A stretch of DNA of 64,000 nucleotides. Origin: Camelus ferus. Taxonomy: Eukaryota. Of the stretch, positions 11,677 through 24,589 are shown in pieces (position 1 is the first letter of the stretch; each line of letters opens with the position of its first letter). The notes beneath the pieces are model-generated. The model was not told the origin of the DNA. It ran no database searches and saw only the letters and a list, made by a program, of their open reading frames with translations. Location: the NCBI RefSeq assembly GCF_009834535.1, contig NC_045696.1, positions 119,166,001-119,230,000 on the forward strand. Reading direction: 5' to 3'. Position numbers and translations under genes: made by a program.

Positions 11677-12845
11677 GTAAGGCCTCCGAGGGTGGGTGGT
11701 TAGGGTAGCATCCTGAGGTTTGTCGAGTGGAGGAAGGGAGGGGAGAGGTTGGGCGGATGTGTTTGGAGTTTGCACCTGTTCCCAGGGCCTCTGCCCTCTG
11801 ACAGGTAAGGCCAGACGTTGGACAACCAAAGGGTTTCATGTGTCCTGCTATTGTCCACACGGACAGCGTAAGTAGAGAGTTCATTTTACACCCTTTCCTC
11901 CTTTAATTCATTGGACTACACTCAGCTGGAAAAATGTCTCCGTTGAGGAGGTGTACTCCCAAAATGAAGCAGCTAGTACAAGTATAATACTATTCATCTG
12001 AAAAGCATGGCCGGAAAATACATTCATTTTGGTTAAAGCCTATATCCAAACTGACCGTCCTCCCCCATCCTCTAGAAAATACTTGAACATTTTGAACCCA
12101 CCATAACGTTCTGTCAGTCACTTGGGAGGAAAAACAAAATTCTCTTGAATCAAGTGCTGTAATTGATTTGGTCTTGATTTTGATTCTCATTTCAGTAAGG
12201 CTTACCCGTTTGAATGCTTACTTAAATTTTTATTGGGTCTGATGAAGGAAAGAGAGGTGGAGATTGGTTTTGCAAAAGGAGCACTATTAATTTTCAGTGC
12301 TTTTTTAAAAGCAGTGAAGGTGGGATAGAAGGCACATTGTGATTCTGCTGCTTTCATAAAAATAAAAACAAAGTCTGGCAGAGGAAATCAGATCTGCCTT
12401 TTGCCCAATTATGATGGGAGGAATGAAAGCGTGTCCTGGGTTTTAAACAGAGGGAGTTGGGCAGTTGCTCCTCCTCCTCTCTGGCTTTGCCAGCTGGACA
12501 GACGTCTGGCTGGTGAGCCTGGGAGGGACAGCTGTGGGGTGAGAAGCTGTGACCAAGATGGACTATTCCCTCCTGGCACACAGAGTCCTTCATTTCTTCA
12601 CGGCTGATCAAGACCTGTTAGAATTTGAGGGGAAAGGGGGTGTCCGCCTTTGCAGACCCCTAGAATTACCATAGTTTTTGTAGAGCAAAACTTTTCTCAA
12701 TGTCTGCCTTGTCTGTGTCTTGGTTCCTTTCTGTCCAGTGGCTGTGGGTCAATATCTGGTCAATTATAAGAGGAAATGGTCCTGGGAGCCCTGGTGGTTT
12801 TAGGTCCTGCTGACACAGAGGATGTGCATGAGGACGAGAGGTCAC

Positions 12846-13040
12846 GTTTATTGAGTGCTTGGTGTGTGCCAGGCTTTGTCAGTGTCACGGCATCCTCATA
12901 ATCAGCCTGTGAAACAGGTCCTGTTTTTATTTCCATTTTAAAGATGGGGAAACTGAGGCCCAGGTGTGGACTTAGTGATCAAGGTAACACACATGGCTGC
13001 AAGCATCCTTCCAGGCAGGCTGACTCCCGTACCTGCATCT
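12846..13040 (-). mobile_element. MIR SINE
   Basis: tttattgagtgctt..gtgccagg..ccattttaaagatggggaaactgaggccca, the antisense MIR core. Confidence 0.85.
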
Positions 13041-13458
13041 TAGCCCTGATGGGAAGCACCTGCTGGGTTCCTGCCCCCAGGATTCCTGTGGACAATCCCT
13101 TTATGCAAAAAAGTGGGGGAAGGTGTGTTTGATTTTTAGATGAGATAATAACGTCAGTACTCCACCATTTCCCCACTCAGAAGTCTTCGAATCAATCAGA
13201 ATTTCAGAAAAGAAAACTTACTGTGTGCCTTCCAGGTTCCATAAGGCATTCACTGACTGGGCTTCAGTGTCTCTGTTCCTTGAGTCATTCTGTTGGCCTT
13301 GATGTTTAGAGGGGACAAGTCCACTTCAGTCAGGTCCCAAGAGCGTCCCTCAGTATAATTCCACTACAGGTGACGTTAGCACAGAACTTCCCATGACGTC
13401 TCCTAAATGTACTTGATTCTAAATGTAAAGATGTCTTTCCCCCCCCCTGCTAGGGAAC

Positions 13459-13612
13459 AGCACTTCTCAAACTTTGTTGTGCCTCTTGTGAGTCTCCCAG
13501 GGGTGTTGTTCAAATGCAGAGTCTGACTCAGCAGGTCTGGGCTGGGGCCTGGGACCCTGCATTTCTAACACACTCTCAGGTGATGCTGAAGTGGCAGAGG
13601 GTGTAGGGACCT
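13459..13612 (-). mobile_element. MER5A-like hAT MITE
   Basis: cttctcaaactt..tgactcagcaggtctgggctggggcc..tgcatttctaaca..caggtgatgctga. Confidence 0.8.
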
Positions 13613-15209
13613 GACTGCTTCTTGTCTGGCTCCGAGCCCGGCACGCACCGGCACCACTTGGCCCCCAGGGAGGGACTGGAGGACCAGTAGGAAGGCGCAT
13701 AGGGTGCCTGGCTGGAGGGCCTGTGCTCTGTGCTGCACTCGGCTACTAGCAAGGGGTCGAGTGTGTGGGGCACATCAGTAGGTTTTTCTGGGCCTTCGTT
13801 TTCTAGCTGATACCGTGAGGGATCTGTACTAAATGACTTGCAAGACCTAAACCAGCTCTAAACTTCAGTCTGATTGGATGAGGTGGGCTTCTCTTTGGGA
13901 GTGAGCAACGAAGACCCCGCTTTGGGGAACAGTTTATTCCAAGCCAGCGATGGAGCTGGGGTGCTCATTAAGGGTTCTTCCCTCCCACGAGGACAGGCCC
14001 TGAGAGAATGAGCTTACCTTCCAGGAGAGAAAAGGGGTCACGCTATGAAGAAAAAGGAGGCGCAGGTATCCAGAAAGATTTCCAAGAAAGAGAAGATGGC
14101 CTTCTCCTTCGGTTTGAGTTCACTCTCGTCCAGAGGGTCCAGACCACCATGACTTTAATGAGGATCCCGGCTCTTTAATAAGCAGAGACAGAGGAAGAGT
14201 TGCTGGGGTAACTTGGCGACAGGCCTTTCAAAGTGCCCCTCATTGCGAAAGCTCGGGAATTTGCCAGGTAGGGTGATGAGAATGGAAACTTGCCATTCTC
14301 ACAGCAAAAAATGACCAAAAGAACGTCCCCTCCTTCCATCACCCCTTAGTATTGGGTGGGAGCAGATGTGGGGAGGGGCGGGGCGGGGAAGCAGAGTTAA
14401 TTTTAGAGTGCAGGCATTTTCTCTCCTAGCAAGTGCAGTTAACTGTATGTTTTTACATCCTGAGGAAGAGACCCCCATGCTCTGAAAAATAAACAAATGA
14501 AACCCAGCAGAACCCTTTCTGTATCAGGCAGGAGTTAAAGTAGTAAAAAAGGAAACAAAGGAAATCCTGGGTGATTAATTTTTAATACGGGCAGTTAATG
14601 ATGTTTTTCACAAAGTCTGCCAAAGTTCTGACAGCTATGGATGCTGGTAAATGAAGCGATCTGCTCTCAAAGGAGACGTAAGTGCCTGGTTAGTATTTGC
14701 TGAGTAGACCTCATTGGAAGAGCCCCACAGAAACTTACAGATTATGATAGATTATAGATTTGTGAGGCAAACGAGGTGAATAAGTGAAAAGAGCGTCTGT
14801 CCCTCCTTCCTTAGCCGGCTCTTTGGAAGACTGAGCGATTTTTAACAGACTGTATAGTTTCATTCATGCTGATTTCTAAGTACAGTTAAGTTGTCCATTT
14901 TTTTTTTCGGGCAGTTTTCCTTAGAACACGTTGCCAAAGATCTTAAAACTTGATGGCTAAGAGAAGTTATTAAAATGTCACTCTGATGTTTCAGGAGCGT
15001 GGCTTTAATTCTAGGTCGTTTTATGGTTGTAGACATAAGTACAGGAATGTGTGTGCCGCTCCATTTTTCAGCTGTTGGACTGCCGTTGTCCACACGCAGA
15101 GTGAGTTCAGGGTGTCACTGATGTGTTTTTTCCATCACTAATGGGTTGAAGCCATTTGGGTCCAGGTCTCCTGGAATAATGCCTTATATGGTACAGGGAA
15201 CTGGGACAT

Positions 15210-15227
15210 CTGTGCCCTCTGGTGACA
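15210..15227 (-). promoter_or_regulatory. Candidate CTCF motif
   Basis: Minus strand tgtcaccagagggcacag versus core CCACCAGRGGGCRC, one mismatch; motif match only. Confidence 0.35.
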
Positions 15228-15859
15228 TTCATCAGGTGCCTTTTGGCTTAGGGTCAGGGAGTGGGGCACCCAGGGGCGCTGCAGCTAATGCTGGGGGTGG
15301 GATTCTGAAACCCTCGTGGAAGGTGAAAAACGCATATAATCAAAGCTGCCCTGGACAATCTCTTTAATTGCCCATGAAATGTAATCCTTTAACATCTCTC
15401 TACCCAACAAAGCAGGTTTTCCTTCAGGACTAGATCGGATTGGTGTTTCCAACAGTGAGCCCCGTGGGGAATAAGTTGATTCGGGTTTGTCGTGAGTGTT
15501 CATTAGAATCATACCTAGGGGGTGAGATGCTCGCGCCTAGAGAGGCTTTTGTGGGAACTGAGACCGAGGGAACAGAATCCCCACCCCCCATCTCACAGCC
15601 ATTCTGGAGCACATCTGCCTGTGGAGGAGAATAACTGGGGCCGTTTCAAGTGGTAAACGTTTCCTCGCTTTCAGCGAGATTTTTCTAAGATAGATGTGCA
15701 AAGATAACTCCGAAGAGCTCCCAGATCTCAAGAAACTTCTCTGCTAGGGGGATGTCAAGTATATATGCAAAGCTAAACCTGTGGGTCTCAGTTTTTACTT
15801 CTCACCAGGAATTTGTGAATGGTGGGGCTTTAGAAAAGCATGCTCTGGGTCTGGGATGA

Positions 15860-16440
15860 TGGGTGGATTTGAACGGGGGCACCAGTGGTGGGAAGGGCTT
15901 CGCAGTCAGGGGTATTGGAGCCTGAAAGAGGAGACCATGAGGATGTGGGGTGGCTGAAGGACGAGGTCCAGAGGGAAATGGGAGAAAAAGCAAGAGAAGC
16001 TTGGCGGCTGGGTCTGATGGCCCCTAATGGCTGGGAGTTTGAACTTCATCCTGGAGTCGGTGGGGAACCACTGCAATATTTTTGTTTTGTTTTAGAGTAA
16101 CAGCCATTAGAAGTGCTGAGTTTTCAGAAGTCTCAGAGGGGAAGCCTCAGAAGGGAAGGAAGCAGAATCTGAGGGAACACGGCATCCATCATGGGGGGAG
16201 ATGACAGGTAGCTAAAGTCGCTTGTAGTAAGAAGGGGAGGGTATGGGTCCCCTAGGAGGAAATATTGGATTTAATGTTTATGTGGAAGGGGACTGCCTGG
16301 AGGAAGGGAAGAATCGACATCTGAACGAGCTTTGGACTCCGAGTGTCTGGAAAGAGTTACTGGAAGAGGCGGGGGGTGGGGTGGGGAGGGGCAGGGGGTG
16401 TGTCTGGGTGGGATTTTCCCACGAGCAGACCCCCTAGAGG
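15860..16440 (-). mobile_element. L2 fragment, degenerate
   Basis: Purine-rich; ggagtttgaacttcatcctggag..ggggaaccactg is typical of antisense L2. Confidence 0.5.
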
Positions 16441-17029
16441 AGGCTTCACGTGCAAGTGATTAAGGAAGTGCTCCCAGAGGAATCAGTTAGGAGTGGGGAC
16501 GTGGGCAGGGAAGGAGGGAGGCCAACAGGGTGCCGAGCCTTTGGGGAGCAGTGAGTCTACCTTGAGGCGGGGGAACTGGTTCCCATACTCCTGCATCTGG
16601 GGGTGGTTGGCCATGAACTGCACTGGACACTTCCAGGTCTGGGAAGCATCCAGGCAGAGCAGCTCCAAAAGCCAAAGAAGTGGGGTTGGATGGGGGTGCA
16701 CAGAACCAGGAGGGGGGATGGGGGGCCTGGGTGGAGCACGACAGCACCCGCCTCCAGAGGAGATGAACAGCAGCAGTGAGTTGCTCTGTTCCAAACTGAC
16801 GCTATGCTTGGCACCTGAGAAGCTCTTCCTCTCCGACCGCACCAGCAAGCTGCCCTCCCACTGACTCCGGCCACTCAGTGTCACGTGATACAGAGGGGGC
16901 CAAGTCTTGTGGCTTTTTTTTTTTCCTGTTTTATTTCCAGGAAAGCAAATCTCAGCAAGTGTTCAGCTTTACCCTCGTGTCCCTCTTGGGGTGGGAATCT
17001 GAAATCTTGAAGACTCTGCCTTTTTTTCT

Positions 17030-17280
17030 AGGGCAAGACTTGCAAACGCAGATGCCTAAAGGGGCCAGGCTCCTTGAGTGGGGGCCCTTGGGTATTGGAC
17101 AGCCGATGCTTGGCTCTGCCCCATTGTTGCCAAGTGTTGCCAGATCTTGTACTTTTTTCAAGAAAAGCCAGAGTTTGGATTTGTATGTGAAAGCTCTTTT
17201 TTAAGCATTGCCACACTTTTTCAAAATAATGGGGTGTATCCCTGACTCACCCCACTGGCTGCCATCATGCAGTCTTTTAA
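17030..17280. mobile_element. MER103-like hAT element
   Basis: gttgccagatctt..tttttcaagaaaagccaga..ggatttgtatgtgaaa. Confidence 0.55.
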
Positions 17281-17670
17281 GATTTCTGAGTGATGCATGC
17301 TTCAGTGGACTTCATCGTCCCTCCTCTGACCTGCCTGTTCTCCTCACTCACAGCCATCACCAGATTTCTGACTCTACTGTTACTGTTTTTCAGTTGTCTG
17401 CCCTCCTCCCTCTCCCCTTTGCTAAATCTTCTTTCATCTTTAGGTTCCCATTACTTGCTCAGAGTGCCAGGTGCTGACTAGGTGTTGCTCAATAGAACTT
17501 TCCTGATTGGAGTAGAATAAAACCATGCCCTGGAATTTCAGTACCATCTTTCACTAAATGACCATAAATTCATTGCAAGATGGGTCTGTCTCTGGTGTAC
17601 GTATTTAACCAGTACCCAAAGTGCATCTTGTTAATGCAGCCACACAACACAAACCCCGAGTAATGGAAAA

Positions 17671-17672
<2 letters not shown>

Positions 17673-17727
<55 letters not shown>
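17673..17727. repeat. (CA)n microsatellite
   Basis: Direct read. Confidence 0.98.
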
Positions 17728-17728
<1 letters not shown>

Positions 17729-19091
17729 GCACACACGCAGAAGATCCGTTCTTTGCCCAAATAGCAGTGGTTTTCCAGAAGGGTATATGTATGTTATTTT
17801 TCGCTCTTTTCTTTTTAAAAAACATCCAAATGATGGCCTTCAAAGGAAGGGAAGTCTTTGTGGACCTTAAGTGGACTACAAATGCATTCATTACATTGCC
17901 TTTTTTTTTTGTTTAATAGCCTACAAGATAAAATGAACATTTTCTTTGGCATTTGAAAAGGGCAAAATTGGGAAAGTGTGAAATTACACGGGAACTGAAA
18001 GAGAAAATTCTTTTAAAAATTATAGTCGAAAGCGGCCCCTTTAAGTGGCCTTGTGTCTCTTCCTGTCTAATTTCCACCAATTACTTTGACTCTTGGGACA
18101 ACGATGGGGCTTCTCAAAAGAGGTTTCACAATTAAATGGAATGCACAGGGGGTGGTGGCGCCTTCTGGGGTGTGCCCTAGAAAACGCTCGCATGCGAGGC
18201 TGGGGTTCGGCCTGGAGCGTCTGATTGTTGGAATCGCACGTGGGGAAGAGAAGCAACGCCGGGCTTAGCGGTGATTGACACGTGTTACTGGCGGGGAGAA
18301 ACCGCAGCAGCTGGTGCAGTCCCAGAGAGCAGAACGTGAGGAAGGGGGATTCAGTCCTTTTCTTCAATCAGAGGGGGAAGAAGACGGTAGTTGTTGAGCA
18401 CGAAGGTCATTATGTGGGGTCCAGATGTCGAAGGGCCCCTCTTTCTGCTGGCTGGCGTGGTCTCGTCCCCCCTCAGTTTTCTCAGGCTTCCCGAGGTGTT
18501 GGGAGGACTTGATTAGCTCTCTGGGGCTGCCACCTTGCTCCCGGCAGAGCTGTGCAGCCTCACCGAAGACGACCTTAATGAATTCCTCCTGTCTCCCCAT
18601 CTCACTCTGGAGTGACACCCTTCTCTGGCAGGCTGGTTTCAGGATTCACTGTTAATTATTGTGTTTGCACCTTCCAATCTAATATGCCAGCGCAAAGCCA
18701 CCTTCTCTTGGGGAGAGAGAGCTTTTTCCAATCCACACCCCTAAATGGCTCGCTTCCCCATGCTTACTCTGTCTCCAAGTGTCGGCCTTTATCCCAGTGG
18801 AGAGAGCAGCGTTCGCGGGCAGGCTCCTTTCCCTCCCCTGTTTTATCATGGTGCTTGATTGCCTGTGTCTTTCTGCCACATTTTATATTTTATTTATTTT
18901 TTGTCTCCTCTGAGAGAGAGAATTAGCATACAAGTGATTTCCAATCTTTCTTGGAAGTCGTTTGGAATGACAGAGAGCAGCGAGCAGGTACCCAAAACAC
19001 AGAAGCACAAATACTGAATTTCTTTGAAGTTTCCTGTTGATCTTGAAACCTATGCAAATACTACAGTACCGTGAAATGTCTGTATGTGTTT

Positions 19092-19136
19092 TAAAATAAA
19101 ATAAAATAAAATAAAATAAAATAAAATAAAATAAAA
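19092..19136. repeat. (TAAAA)9 microsatellite
   Basis: Direct read. Confidence 0.97.
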
Positions 19137-20862
19137 GCCCTCTCCTCCCAGACGTCCACACAATTTTTTTTTAATTAAAATGGGCTCTCCAGGAAGGTTT
19201 ATTCTCTGGCATTGCGGAGGTACTCCAAGGACACTTATTATTTTGAGAGCCATGCAGGTAATTTAGTTGCAGTTTCTGCGTGTTAGATTTTCATATTTAT
19301 GTGCCTATCCCAGATTAAATTTAGGACCTCTGATTGTCTTCAGGTATTCGTGGCAAAGTCTTTCCTGTCCCTCTTCTTTGTTCATCAGAGGTAACTTAGA
19401 TGGTGTCTGTTTCTCAAGCTAAGCAAGAGATGAAGGGCATTACCAGCGTTGGGGTCTGGGAGAGACTAGTACTAATTCAGTTTTGCATTTTTCGCTTTGA
19501 ATGCAGTCGTAGGTGAGAAATAACTTCTAGATCCATAGACGTCCATGATGAGTGTTTGCAGTCTTCTTGAGATTTTGAAAGAATGACTGTCTCTGTAATC
19601 CATCTTGCTGCTTTCTATAATTTTTTTTTAATGATTAAAAGACGGGCCCATTTCACAAAGAGGTAACTGCTGTAATAGGATGTCGTGGAATACAGTATTT
19701 CATTGGCTTCCTGTTCAGGGACCATGCACTGGAACTTTAAAATGGCCACAAAAACTTTAAAAACCAAATTAGGAACTCGTATTCACATGACACCTGTTTC
19801 TGAGGGGCTGAGAGCTCTTTTGCTTCATTCCTGGATGTGTTAAGTGTGATCATTTATTCTCACTACATCCTCATGATGGTTGTTTTCTGGCGGCTAATGT
19901 TGGTTGAAAACATGATGCGTTCAGCAGAGGTTTTAGACTGACTCTATTCTGTAGCTAAGAAGTACTATCACCTTCCTTTATCCCTGCTTCCCATTTTATA
20001 TCCTGGGAAAATTAGACTGAAAAAGTTGTTAGCAACGTCTCAGTACTGACGTGTGGGGCGGGGAGTGGGAGGGTGTGGTGGGGGTGGGACTTCTGTACCG
20101 TCTTCCAGCTCACAGGCCCCGGACCTTATGGAAGCAGGCTCAGAGAATTCCCAGCATCCTCTGGGCTTTGCAGTATCCCGGTCCCCGTAGCCAGGCTGTG
20201 GGACCAGAGGCTTGGTTATCCCCAAACTGGTTTCAGGACATAGGGCTGCACTGCTCACCCTCTGGAGCCCCCAGTTGGCTCCACTCAGCAGGCTGGCTGG
20301 GTCTTGTCAGTTTCTCCCCTAAAGGGGTCCATGCAAATGATGCTTCTAAGGCCATCAGTGTGGTATGTCCCTCTGTTCCCTGAAAACAAAATCAAAATGT
20401 ACTTATTAGGTGTCTGTGTCTTCTAAGGTATTGCCTGTATTAGAGAGACAGAGAAGCAGTCTCTGCTCTAGGGTGATTTAAAACGTATGCCACATGTTAA
20501 AATTTTCATTGTCAACTTCTGTAGTTGAAGCCCCTGAAATTGCTCTGTCAGGTAACCTTGATTTTAACAGAAAGGGACCAAAAAGCCCACTTTTCTCATG
20601 AAGAACATTGATAGGTTTGCAGGCACTTCTCGATGTGATTTCTCATTTACATTGCTGGCTGTAATGGCTACCATTGATTTACTGCTGTGGCCAGAGTCCT
20701 TGGTCTTTGATTTGTGAAAGCCAAGATGAGGACTGCAGGACTCAGGCTGGTGGTGGCTTCTCCAGAGTCACCCTTCTGGTGGCCAGAGGAGCCCGTATTC
20801 CCGTCAGGATCCGTCCACTTCTACCACTGTTGATTTGTTAACCATTAGGGTTAGGGTTTGGG

Positions 20863-21079
20863 TTGATTTCTCAACCTCCATAGTTTCTATTGACATTTCG
20901 GGCCAGGGACTGTCCTGTGGATCATACAGTGTTCGCCAGCATCTCTGGCCTCTGCCCATGGGATGCCAGTAGCAAGCACCCCTCCTCCCCACCCTTTCAG
21001 TTATGGCAAAAAAAAAAAACGTTTCCAGATGTTACCAAATGCCCCAACGGGCAAAACCGCCCCTAGTTGAGAACCCCTG
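20863..21079 (-). mobile_element. MER20 hAT MITE
   Basis: ttctcaacctc..tattgacatttcgggccag..cagcatctctggcctctgccca..gatgccagtagca..gttgagaacccctg. Confidence 0.85.
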
Positions 21080-21967
21080 GATTAGAATTAGGGTGTGAGA
21101 TAGGGGTCTAACTGTATCTTCTTCTACTTTTGTCAACAGGCATTTATTGTATTAACCCAACTTTGCCGCAGAGTGGAATGCCATCTTTATCATAGGTTGG
21201 ATTTCTGTATATACCCCAATTTATTCCCCATTCTTTGTTGTTCCTTTGATCTATTTATTGATTTTTGTGCTAGATTACATTCTATTTTGAGGCAATGAAT
21301 TTGTGGTGCGTGTTAGTATCCAGTCAGGCCTTCTTCTTCTTTTTAGGGATCTTGGTGACTTGTGCATATTGATTTTTCCAAGTATAGTTGAAAGTCATTT
21401 TCTCCAGTTCCCAGTAAACCCTGTTGAAATTGTAGTTTCATTTACATATTACTCTGAGAAGAATTTCTACCGTGAATTTTTAGAACATAGAGTTCAGTAT
21501 TACTTTTGGAAGTCAGTTTTTTATTTTAGAGCTTTGTGATTATTCTGAAAATTCTAGGTACTATCGGGACCAGTGGTTGTCAAAGCGGGAGAGACATACC
21601 CATGTTGGAAGAGAACTGAGGCTTCTATGTGTGTTAATTTATATTGGAAAATGAGGAGAGAAAGTATGCATCGCTAATATTTAGCATCCAGATTGAAGCT
21701 GGTGCCCTGGCTGGGTGCAGACGTCAGAGGTCCCCTGTCCAGGAGGGGTCCTGAGGAAGGCTGAGTTCATAGGAGCACTTTCAATTGAGAACTCAGGGAA
21801 GTGGATTTGTGGACCGTTTTTTATAGTTTTTACTAAGTTAGCCATCATGAAATACACACATGGCTTAAAAAATTCCTGTAAAGTGATTGCAGATTGAGGA
21901 GAATATAGAATACTGGTGATGTAGACATGAAACCCGCCCCGCTCCCAGTCCTCTCCCCCCACCCCTT

Positions 21968-22000
<33 letters not shown>

Positions 22001-22005
22001 CACAC
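21968..22005. repeat. (CA)n microsatellite
   Basis: Direct read. Confidence 0.97.
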
Positions 22006-22133
22006 GGAAATGGCTACACTGACCCTTCTCTCACTGTGTGTAAGAGTAAGATAAAAAAAACTGATGCCTACCTATTCAGATCTGACAGAAGATGGCCAAA
22101 GAAATTTTTGACTCATCAAGAAGACATTTTGAA

Positions 22134-22286
22134 GGGGGACAGTATATATAGCTCAGTGGTAGAGTGCATGCCTAGTGTACATGAGGTCCTGGGTTCAATT
22201 CCCGATACTGTCATTAAAAAAATAAATAAATAAATCTAATTACCTCCCCCGCCATTAAAAAAAAACTTAAAAAAAAAAGGAGTTCT
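22134..22286 (+). mobile_element. Vic-1-like SINE, long form
   Basis: A and B boxes; perfect 16-bp TSD aagaagacattttgaa (22118-22133, 22287-22302). Confidence 0.93.
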
Positions 22287-22719
22287 AAGAAGACATTTTG
22301 AAATGTGGATTTACTTCCACGGTTATTAACAGTGAATCTCATTTTGAGTGTATATGACACCTTGAAATATTAATTATTAATAATAATTTGAACCTCCTGT
22401 GATTAGACTTTTGAAGTATTGCTTAGTTCATCTGTCTCACATCTTTTAAATTTCGTGTTTCGTGTGTCTTGCTTTCTCACATGTGTGGGATGCTGCTGCA
22501 GTTGTACTCAGGAGATTTTGAGTGACCCACAGAGCTTCTGGGTCACACTGGTGGTTCCCGAAGCTGATGGAGGCTTCCTGCTGGTCCGTGCACCAGCAGC
22601 AACAGCATCGCCTGGCCGGGAGGAGGGGACTCAGGAATGCAGGTTCCCGGGCCCTGCCCAGACCTGCTGGCTCAGCGTCTTCTCAGGAGCAGCGAGCATC
22701 CCAGGTGGTGTGCGTGCAC

Positions 22720-22905
22720 GGTTCAGTGGGAACAGAGTTAAGCTGTGCTTTTCTGTGGGGGCACTGCTAGCCATGTGTAGCGATTAAAATTAAAATTAAT
22801 TAAAATGAAAGAAAATGAAACGTTCCATTCCTCACTAACCCTGGCCACATTTTAGGCGGTCAGTAGCCACTACTCTCACGTGGCTACTGTACTGGACAGC
22901 AGAGA
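22720..22905. mobile_element. MER3-like hAT MITE
   Basis: ctagccatgtgtagcgattaaaatt..ctggccacattt..gtggctactgtactggacagcagag. Confidence 0.7.
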
Positions 22906-24589
22906 TGCGGAACACATCCATCCTCTAACTCGATCAGTCAGAGGGTGCACGTAGCAGGACCCAGAACAGACAGGACTGAGAAGCAAACTCTAACTGGGAC
23001 GTGTGCATGAAATGTAAATTAAGAGACTTCCCTGTCACTCAGCTGGCTGTGGCCAGTGAGTAAGGGGCATTCATGTGGGCAGCTACTGTTGTGATTTTTG
23101 TTTGCAAATAGTATGACTTTTCTGAACCAGTTAATACCAGGCAGACCTGCCTTTATTCAGTGTTATGTTTGTGATAAATTATTATTTACGCATTAATGCC
23201 GCAGTCAGTCCCTTCTCCATCTTCCAGAGCCAGGAGGAGCCTTACCAGAGTCACGAGGAAGCAGGACCTGGCCCCGAGTCCCATTTCTTGTGGTGGTCGC
23301 TCTGTTTGCTGTCATCCAGTTGGGTGGGGGCTGGATTCCTTTCCCAGCTGCACGACACAGGGACCAGTGGGGCAAAGCTGGTGTGTTTGGTACCCTTGCC
23401 TTGCGTTTTAAGGCTAAAGGTGAACTCCAAGCGTTGTGTGCTCGCTGGTGCCTTATCTGCCAGAGAGGTGGCTCCGGCTGCAGACGGTGAGACAGGATGT
23501 GGCAAGATTTCTCTAGAAGAAACAGCAGCCCTGGCTCGGGGGGTGTTGGCAGGGACATGCACCCTCGTGTCGGTGCACGGCTCCCCAGAGAGTGTGTGGT
23601 TAGGTATCAGTTGCACATCTCCCCTGTCATTTCTGGAATGTTCCCGGAGATAAACTTGGTAGTTCGGTCACGAGAATTTAACTTGGCTTTTTTTGGTTTT
23701 TTTCCTTAAGCATTTCTTAAGCTTCACTATTAGGGGAAACTTTTGACTCCAGCAGCTTTTTTTTTTTTTTTTTTTTTGTAGATTCGGTTGATTTTGCAAA
23801 GAGGAGGTCATAGAGATGATGAGATCTCTTTTCCCGGTGGATCTGAGAGCATCTTTGGGGAGCAGTAGTTTATCCCCTTCCCCCACCCTGGCCACCACCA
23901 ATGAGCAGAGACAAGAAACATCTAAAATTCACTCCCTCTGTGGAAATCCTAGCTCTCATTTCTGCCCTCCTAAAGGAGGCTTCTCCCGCGTCCTACAGAG
24001 TGCCCCTGGCTTGGTCCTTTTGAGTCTGTTCTGGTATATTCTTTACTCTGAGGCCACCGTGACTCCCTTCAGCTCAAAGTGAACGTTGGTCCTGTCCTGT
24101 CTCAACAACCCCCATCCTCTTCTTCTAACCCCAGCTCTCACTTCCTCCCCAGCCCCTGCCGAGCACCCCGCAGCCATCCGTTCCAACAGCAGGTTCACCA
24201 TACATTCCTTAGCTCGTGGTTACTGACCCAGCTGAGTTGTAGTAGGCAAGCCTCACTTTTACCTGTCTTTCACCAAACTGACCTATTGATTATTTCCATC
24301 CTGTAGCTCATGCTTGTTTTTCATCTACAAGCCCTCCTAATTCCTGTTCTCAATGCCTGAAATATCATTTTATCCATTGTCCCCCGGTGAATTTTCACAC
24401 AGCTTCAAAGACTTCACTTACATGCTTCTTAAACTTTTTAAAAATTTCCCTGATCCCTGGAAACAATGGAGCTTTCATAGCACTTCTGTGTGGTTAGAAT
24501 AAAGAGCAATATTGGATAGTTAGAGGCCCATAGACTCTCTTTCTTTTTCTAAAATTATTTTTAAAAATTCATTATTTATTAAATACCAT

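Noticed and set aside
11355..11884. ORFs of 91-170 aa overlapping exon 3 on both strands, including + 11380-11703
   Set aside because: Shadow frames of a GC-rich coding exon; the raftlin frame is a different one, bounded by splice sites
14240..14580. Possible promoter: GC boxes at 14370-14388, a kB-like gggaatttgcc and a 9-bp hairpin
   Set aside because: Imperfect motifs, no CpG island and no identifiable first exon; too weak to call
20845..20864. Interstitial telomeric repeat ttagggttagggtttggg
   Set aside because: Only two perfect units; compatible with chance
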